Virus record (IMG/VR): IMGVR_UViG_3300028833_000068
Span: 96,001-160,000 of that record
DNA length: 64,000 nucleotides
Source of the DNA: a virus
Taxonomy: Duplodnaviria; Caudoviricetes
Strand: one strand, 5' to 3'
In this document: one piece after another, positions 58,526 through 64,000 of the stretch
Position numbering within the stretch: the first letter of the stretch is position 1
Layout of the letters: every line of letters starts with the position of its first letter
Notes under the pieces: model-generated
The model's input: the letters and a program-made list of their open reading frames with translations, nothing else
The model's database searches: none
Told to the model about the DNA's origin: nothing
Made by a program: the position numbers and the translations under genes

Positions 58526-58540
58526 CTTAAAATCAATTTT

Positions 58541-59347
58541 ATGGGTAAGAAAAAAAATTTACAAGGTTTAGATGAACTTGAAAAAGAATTCATTGAACAA
58601 AAGATGAAAGGAGACAGCGCTCTCAACTATCTTACATCAGAAGGGTTATGTACGAAACTTAAAACACTAGGTTATAAATTAGATATTAAATGTAAAACAG
58701 AAACTCAAAAACAGTTCTTAAAACAATTAAAAGATAAGAAAAAACAAATTTGTTTTGGTATTGGTTCTCCTGGAACAGGAAAGTCTTACATGTCTCTAGC
58801 ATATGCGTTAAAAGAGTTAAAAGAAGGTAACTACTCAAGCATCATAATGATGATACCTACAGCGCCAGCTGGTGGATTGGATTTGAACCTTGGTTATCTA
58901 AAGGGGGATTTAGATACCAAAATTAGGCCTTATCTCGAATGTGATGAACAAACCGTTGCAAAAATTTTGAAAAATAGTGGTAATATGGATTCATTTATGA
59001 TTGCACAATCATTGGTTAATAATGGATATATTAAATATGAATTTATTAATTTTGCATTGGGAAAAACATTTGATGACGCTTTAATACTTGTAAATGAAGC
59101 AGAACAATATACTGCCCCTAATATGCGATTAATTTTAACTAGATTGGGTGAAAATAGTAAGATGATAATTACTGGTGATATTTTACAAACGAATCGTAGA
59201 GATATTGTAATAAAAAAATCAGAAAGTGGACTCTCATATGCAATTGACCACATTGGAGATATGGAAGAGGTTAGTGTAACTGAATTTGGAAGAGAAGACA
59301 TTGTTAGAAACCCATTAATTACAAAAATACTTGATAATTGGGATTGA
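58541..59347 (+). CDS. phoH: PhoH-like ATPase
   Basis: GSPGTGKS, LGYLKGDL..K..PY, GKTF, NEAEQ, LTRLGENSK..ITGD..Q, DIVRNP. Confidence 0.92.
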   Translation: MGKKKNLQGLDELEKEFIEQKMKGDSALNYLTSEGLCTKLKTLGYKLDIKCKTETQKQFLKQLKDKKKQICFGIGSPGTGKSYMSLAYALKELKEGNYSSIIMMIPTAPAGGLDLNLGYLKGDLDTKIRPYLECDEQTVAKILKNSGNMDSFMIAQSLVNNGYIKYEFINFALGKTFDDALILVNEAEQYTAPNMRLILTRLGENSKMIITGDILQTNRRDIVIKKSESGLSYAIDHIGDMEEVSVTEFGREDIVRNPLITKILDNWD

Positions 59348-59366
59348 TGTAATATTTATATAAGTT

Positions 59367-60521
59367 ATGGATAAAACATTTAAGCCAACAGTAGAATGGA
59401 TGACAGCTAAATATGCTGAAATGAATGACCAATTATTTAGAGGTGAACTTGGGGAATGTAACTTCAAGGTCTTTACTACTGGCAAGGGCAGTGAAGGTGG
59501 TACATTGGGGTGGTTCAAGATAACTAGTCGTGGTATTCGTGTTGATAGATACAGTAGAAGAATGTTTAAAATTAGTAATTGGGGTACAAAAATATTTGTT
59601 AATAAAGATAATTTCACTACTATGTGTAGTCCAGCTATTGAATTAAATGGTAATTATACTGGTACTGAACATGGATTCTTAGCTACACTAGTACATGAAA
59701 TGTGCCACTATTACACATATATGAATGGTTATTGTCCAAGACAAGGACATGGTAGGGAATTCAAAGATATTGGATATGTTGTGTCAAGTAGGTCAAATGG
59801 AATGTTTACAATACAAAGATTGGCTTCAGCAGAACAAATGTCAGAACTTGAGCTTAGTGCTGAAATGAAAGCCAAGAGAGAAAAAAGACTTTCAAATAGA
59901 AAAGCATCAGTTACTGCAATATTTGTGTTCACTAAACAAGGACAAGTTAAACTTACAATAACTTCAAGCCCAAATCTAATTAATATGATTTCGACAAGCG
60001 AAGAAGGAAGAGGTAATAACGTTGTAACATCAAATGATGCAAATGTAATAGAATTCTTATTCTCAAAAGGATATGAGAAAAACATGAGGACTTGGAGATA
60101 TTGGAGTCTTGAAGGAAAACCTTGGATTGATGAACTGAAAGAAATGTTGCCAGAAACTAGTGGTGAAACTATTGGAGTTAAAAGAAATGCTGCGCAACAA
60201 GTTCAACCTAAGCAGCAGTCAAAACAGCCTAAGAGAATATTTAGCATACAAACAAGTAATGGAAGATTTGAACATGATGCTGATGTATATTATTCATTAC
60301 TTAATGCTTTAAAGGAAAGATTCCCTAAAACAAGCGAAGAGGCAATTATGAAATTAATAAATAACCCAGCAAACTATAGAATGGTTGAAAATAAAATGAA
60401 TACAAAGAATATTTTAAAAGAAGTCATTGAGGAATTCATGCAAAATGATATGGAAAATAATGATTCAGTTGAAATAAACCCAAACATGAATTTAGGGCTT
60501 GAATCACCTTTAGAGGCTTAA
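59367..60521 (+). CDS. SprT-like zinc metalloprotease with C-terminal tag
   Basis: N..LF.GEL, TLVHEMCH, GHGREF; ends MVENKMNTKNILKEVIEEF; ATATTTATA at 59352-59360. Confidence 0.85.
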   Translation: MDKTFKPTVEWMTAKYAEMNDQLFRGELGECNFKVFTTGKGSEGGTLGWFKITSRGIRVDRYSRRMFKISNWGTKIFVNKDNFTTMCSPAIELNGNYTGTEHGFLATLVHEMCHYYTYMNGYCPRQGHGREFKDIGYVVSSRSNGMFTIQRLASAEQMSELELSAEMKAKREKRLSNRKASVTAIFVFTKQGQVKLTITSSPNLINMISTSEEGRGNNVVTSNDANVIEFLFSKGYEKNMRTWRYWSLEGKPWIDELKEMLPETSGETIGVKRNAAQQVQPKQQSKQPKRIFSIQTSNGRFEHDADVYYSLLNALKERFPKTSEEAIMKLINNPANYRMVENKMNTKNILKEVIEEFMQNDMENNDSVEINPNMNLGLESPLEA

Positions 60522-60528
60522 AAATAAA

Positions 60529-60559
60529 AAAGCGAGATTCTTCAGTTGAGTCTCGCTTT
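60529..60559. terminator. Bidirectional terminator, inverted copy of 8146-8175
   Basis: AAAGCGAGATTCTT-cag-TTGAGTCTCGCTTT. Confidence 0.7.
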
Positions 60560-61018
60560 AAATTTATCTAAAAGTATCTTTTTCTTTTCTTCAAATGGTT
60601 TTGATACAATATACATAAAATCATCTTTATGTTTATTTCTATATGCCTCTAATGTACAAATTGGTTTACAAGGAGTTCCTACTGCAACAGTGTTTGAAGG
60701 TATATTTCTGTTAACAATACTTCCAGCTCCAATTATACAGTTATCTCCAATTGTAACCCCTGGAAGTATAACCGTTCTACATCCTATGAAACAATTCTTT
60801 CCAATGACTATTGGCGCATAAATTACTGTTTCTTTATCCCCATCTGGCAAGTTTCTTATTACCCTTGTCGATGCATCGTGCGTCACAAACGCACAATCAA
60901 ATGAAATGGTGGTATTATCTCCAATCTTAATTAAATAAGGTTCTGAACCCCAATTAACTTCCCCAATTAATTGTACATTCTTGCCTAGATTAGGATTTCC
61001 GTATTTTGGTGTATACAT
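60542..61018 (-). CDS. Hexapeptide-repeat (LbH) sugar O-acyltransferase
   Basis: IKIGDN, VIGKNCFIG..ILPGVTIGDNCIIGAGSIV..G.P. Confidence 0.9.
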   Translation of the reverse strand: MYTPKYGNPNLGKNVQLIGEVNWGSEPYLIKIGDNTTISFDCAFVTHDASTRVIRNLPDGDKETVIYAPIVIGKNCFIGCRTVILPGVTIGDNCIIGAGSIVNRNIPSNTVAVGTPCKPICTLEAYRNKHKDDFMYIVSKPFEEKKKILLDKFKARLN

Positions 61019-61021
61019 AAC

Positions 61022-61951
61022 TTAAGATATTTTTACATAATCTGAAAGGATTGAATCAATGTCATATCCTTCTAATTCTTTAATGTAGCCACTCCAATCA
61101 CCACATTGTTCCATACCAGCCCAAGGATGAACGTGATGCATAATTGCCCCCTTAATAAGTTTAAGTAAAGTAACTAATTTATCACCCTTTGGGACTGGAT
61201 GTAATTTATCCATAATCTCATCCATTTTAGATTCAGCAACCAAAGTATTTTTATCATTTAAGTTGTGGGCAATCTCATTGTCCTTGTTACTCATAATGTT
61301 AATTCTGTTTGCCACAATATTAACGATAGAATTTGCTTGGTTCTTTTCGTGCGTTGCTAAACCTTGTTTATATTTCAATTGTATATAAGCTGGGTCTTGG
61401 TCATTAAATATAATATTTCCAATCATATTTGGATTACTAGAATTTGTAGCTTCTCCACGAATACCAGCCCTGAGGTCAACTTCACTAGTCTTTGTTGTGT
61501 TGTCATATTTTAAGGTAATATCTTCTCTTCCCCTACCAATAACTGCAACATCTTCAGATTTTGGAAATGACCCCCTAGTATCATCTACATTTGAAATTTT
61601 TTCAATTGGCTTGTGCTGACGTATTTGGAATAATGACGTTGACTTTTCCTTTGAACAATCTGTAAAATATTGTGGTTGGGATATAATTGGGCCTAAAAAA
61701 TATCTTTGTGAAGAATGTTTATCTCCACCTTTATCTTCTTCCATGAAAATAAACACACCTTCTCCAACTTTAGGAATACTTTGGAATACTTTTGGTAGCA
61801 AAGGAAATGCCCAAGGTATATCATTTATATCTCTTGCTCTGTCTTTCCCTTCTAGTTCTGCACGTATTCTAAGTCCATCATATCCATCTTTAGAATAAGT
61901 ATTTTCAACTTCCCTAACAATTCCTATGTTAATAGAAAAATTACTCATCAC
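61022..61951 (-). CDS. Baseplate hub/spike (gp5/VgrG-like OB-fold) protein
   Basis: IPWAFPL..IPKVGEGV..RYFLG OB-fold; C-terminal HVHP metal-binding tip. Confidence 0.7.
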   Translation of the reverse strand: MMSNFSINIGIVREVENTYSKDGYDGLRIRAELEGKDRARDINDIPWAFPLLPKVFQSIPKVGEGVFIFMEEDKGGDKHSSQRYFLGPIISQPQYFTDCSKEKSTSLFQIRQHKPIEKISNVDDTRGSFPKSEDVAVIGRGREDITLKYDNTTKTSEVDLRAGIRGEATNSSNPNMIGNIIFNDQDPAYIQLKYKQGLATHEKNQANSIVNIVANRINIMSNKDNEIAHNLNDKNTLVAESKMDEIMDKLHPVPKGDKLVTLLKLIKGAIMHHVHPWAGMEQCGDWSGYIKELEGYDIDSILSDYVKIS

Positions 61952-62132
61952 TCAAAACCCCTCTCTTATTTAACTCGCTAGTTGCCTTATTATACAAATA
62001 ATCCAAGTCTTCCAATTCATGTACCAACTCAATTATTTTATCCTTCTTAACCTTATATTCATTGTCATAACCCATAATCTTAAGATTAATCTCTGAGTTT
62101 GACATTTTACTAAAATCTACATTTCTATTCAT
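61941..62132 (-). CDS. Small coiled-coil hypothetical protein
   Basis: 63 aa, packed in operon. Confidence 0.65.
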   Translation of the reverse strand: MNRNVDFSKMSNSEINLKIMGYDNEYKVKKDKIIELVHELEDLDYLYNKATSELNKRGVLSDE

Positions 62133-62134
62133 GA

Positions 62135-62527
62135 TTAGTCTGCTTTATTTAATACTGTTGGAGATTGTACTAGTGTCCCAAATGCTGTAAAAGGTCCTCC
62201 ACCATTTGCCCCAGTAACAGAAACAACACCAGTTCCTGGAACAGTTCCTCCTTGTATTATCATATCCATTTTAATTCCCCTATAAATTTCTTTAGTACTA
62301 GCAAATGCAAATGCTAAAGTAAGATTAGGACTTCCATCTGGCATTGCCCCAGTAGGTATTCCAAGTTTATTCAAATCCCTTGTTATATTTGCCACAGATT
62401 GAATAACTGAAAGTCCTGGTCTACGTATCATAGAACACACTAATAAGATTTTGTTCAATTGTGGAAATGGCGGTCTTATTCTACTGAAATAATTGTTTAT
62501 TGTTTGACAAATCTCTGCTATGCCCAT
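62135..62527 (-). CDS. Hypothetical (baseplate-region) protein
   Basis: 130 aa with Gly-rich C-terminal beta region. Confidence 0.7.
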   Translation of the reverse strand: MGIAEICQTINNYFSRIRPPFPQLNKILLVCSMIRRPGLSVIQSVANITRDLNKLGIPTGAMPDGSPNLTLAFAFASTKEIYRGIKMDMIIQGGTVPGTGVVSVTGANGGGPFTAFGTLVQSPTVLNKAD

Positions 62528-62530
62528 ATG

Positions 62531-64000
62531 TTAACAGTTTTTAGTTGGTGTATCCACACCGTTATTTTTACTAGATTCTATGTCAGCATAATCGACAGTA
62601 TCAAGTTTTGTTTCTAAATCATCACCTCCAAAACTCCACCATATGCTAGGACAATTTCGTATAATGTCATTAATTGCTTCAGTATAATTCTCAAGCTGCT
62701 CTCTTACAATTGCAGATTGAAGGGTTGCTACAATAGGGGCTAAGTGCTTAAGCAATAACTTGGTTAACTCTTGAAGTATTAAATCTCTTATTTCCCTAAT
62801 GATTGAAATGATGATACTTCTAACAGCTATAAGTAAATCTTCAAACGTTATCTTCTGGCGTTTACCACCCATAATGGTTTCATTAACCTCAAGAAGCATT
62901 AACACTTTAGGACTTAAAACTGATTTAACTATCGCTAATGTTAGCTGTTCGATTAAGTCAGTTACAAAACTAAATTGTACATTAACCTCATCACCACCTT
63001 CGACACCTTCTGTAACACTTACAGCAGCTTGAGTGATGGTTCGTTTCAAGACATCTATCTGGCCATTAACATCTACTGCATCATCATATTCATTTAAAAT
63101 ATCTATAACTGATTTAAAGTCTCGCCTTTTAGCCTTTTTTTCTGCTGTATTTCTTAATAATGCGTCATACTTTTCATTACTGAAAGTGAAGAAGCAATCT
63201 TCTACTGTAGAATCATCAGAATTAATGATGTTTTTCAATATTTCACGAATGGTATCAGTTGCTTCTTGATGTTCTACACTTAGTCCAACATTCAATCCTA
63301 ATCTCATATTCTTCAATGAATCAAATAGGTTTGTGACAATTGTTTTTGGGTCAAAAAGCTTCATTCCCATTACATAGTCATAATTGAACTCATAAACAGT
63401 AAGCCCCTTGTAGCATTCCATCAAGTTTTTTACAACCTCATTTTTATCTGACACTGTAACTTCACCACTTTTCTTATCAATAGTAACTTTTCCACCTAAA
63501 TATTCTAAATTTGGGCTATCACTAATATCTGCCAATGTATACTTACCATTGGGGTCATATTCACCCTTTGAATTGAATAATAATTTCTTAAATCTCCAAG
63601 GTGGTTCTCCTTCATTGATGTTTGGAATGTGCATCAATGGCTTTGGTAAAATCGTAAAGCGGAATTTGTTATTAACAAGACCAGTTATTGGTTCATCACT
63701 ACTAGTAGCTTGGTCTAAGAATTGTAAGTTACAAATACCTATTTCCTTGTTATAGTCTCTAGATGCTCCACTTGTCCAAAGTAAATTCTTTGTTAATTGA
63801 TTTGCTCTTCTTATATACCAATTAACTGAATTCCAATCATCTGATACTGGAACTAACGTATTTTTCATAATCTCATTACTTTTATCATACTGACTATCAA
63901 TACACATTGAAATAATGTGAGGTGAACCAGTATATGTAAAAGTATTTCCTTGAAGTATATTAGATTTAAGGTCTCCATTATAAAACATCTCAACTTTTTC
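62531..64000 (-). CDS. Large hypothetical virion protein (5-prime end outside window)
   Basis: Frame stays open to the window end (EKVE-MFYNG...). Confidence 0.75.
   Translation of the reverse strand, partial: EKVEMFYNGDLKSNILQGNTFTYTGSPHIISMCIDSQYDKSNEIMKNTLVPVSDDWNSVNWYIRRANQLTKNLLWTSGASRDYNKEIGICNLQFLDQATSSDEPITGLVNNKFRFTILPKPLMHIPNINEGEPPWRFKKLLFNSKGEYDPNGKYTLADISDSPNLEYLGGKVTIDKKSGEVTVSDKNEVVKNLMECYKGLTVYEFNYDYVMGMKLFDPKTIVTNLFDSLKNMRLGLNVGLSVEHQEATDTIREILKNIINSDDSTVEDCFFTFSNEKYDALLRNTAEKKAKRRDFKSVIDILNEYDDAVDVNGQIDVLKRTITQAAVSVTEGVEGGDEVNVQFSFVTDLIEQLTLAIVKSVLSPKVLMLLEVNETIMGGKRQKITFEDLLIAVRSIIISIIREIRDLILQELTKLLLKHLAPIVATLQSAIVREQLENYTEAINDIIRNCPSIWWSFGGDDLETKLDTVDYADIESSKNNGVDTPTKNC

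Noticed and set aside
527-59360. Reading TATAAATA as canonical T4 late promoters
   Set aside because: At unidirectional sites it lies on the non-coding strand relative to the adjacent start codon, so the functional orientation appears to be ATATTTATA
288-63755. Many opposite-strand ORFs in the track (e.g. 288-710, 5471-6163, 24317-24793, 37128-37757, 51123-51683)
   Set aside because: They are antisense shadows of real genes, with Ser/Phe/Leu-rich composition and no motifs or promoters
1-64000. Stop-codon reassignment (TAG to Gln as in Lak and some crAss phages)
   Set aside because: Long genes are intact in code 11, and TAG/TGA end genes exactly at the next start (e.g. 32270, 41020). The only internal stop found is a single TAA.
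1-64000. tRNA or rRNA genes
   Set aside because: Intergenic gaps are short and AT-rich and no cloverleaf or T-loop motif was seen by eye; tRNAscan-SE would be decisive

Overview
This is an AT-rich (roughly 30% GC by eye), gene-dense segment of a large tailed dsDNA phage, probably a myovirus-type jumbo phage. The host is inferred to be Bacteroidota because nine early modules carry the Bacteroidota sigma-A promoter (TTTG-N19-21-TAnnTTTG) and genes lack obvious Shine-Dalgarno sites. The standard genetic code appears to be used. Replication and expression genes: sigma-70 factor, SbcC/Rad50 ATPase, RuvC-like resolvase, DnaG-type primase, SNF2 helicase, PhoH and a family-B DNA polymerase. The polymerase is fractured into two genes at catalytic motif C by a natively split Ser1/Thr+1 intein, with a nonsense-interrupted homing endonuclease between the halves. 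Virion and lysis genes: long tail fibre with an S74 chaperone, FISUMP-domain and LRR proteins, neck/baseplate-like proteins, amidase and a holin candidate. There are also glycosyl/acyl-transferases and several intact or decayed homing endonucleases of one family. The most striking pattern is a mobile peptide of about 20 aa (consensus I.LTES.L..I(I/V)KE.V..(I/L)L.E, short variant MK.I.INES...RL.E). It is fused to about a dozen unrelated proteins, including ART-like, kinase-like, PRTase-like, SprT and ferritin-like ones. Nearly all lie in transcription units headed by a conserved ATATTTAT(A) motif. I infer a tag-based capsid-loading and maturation system that delivers an effector set into the host; this is untested.
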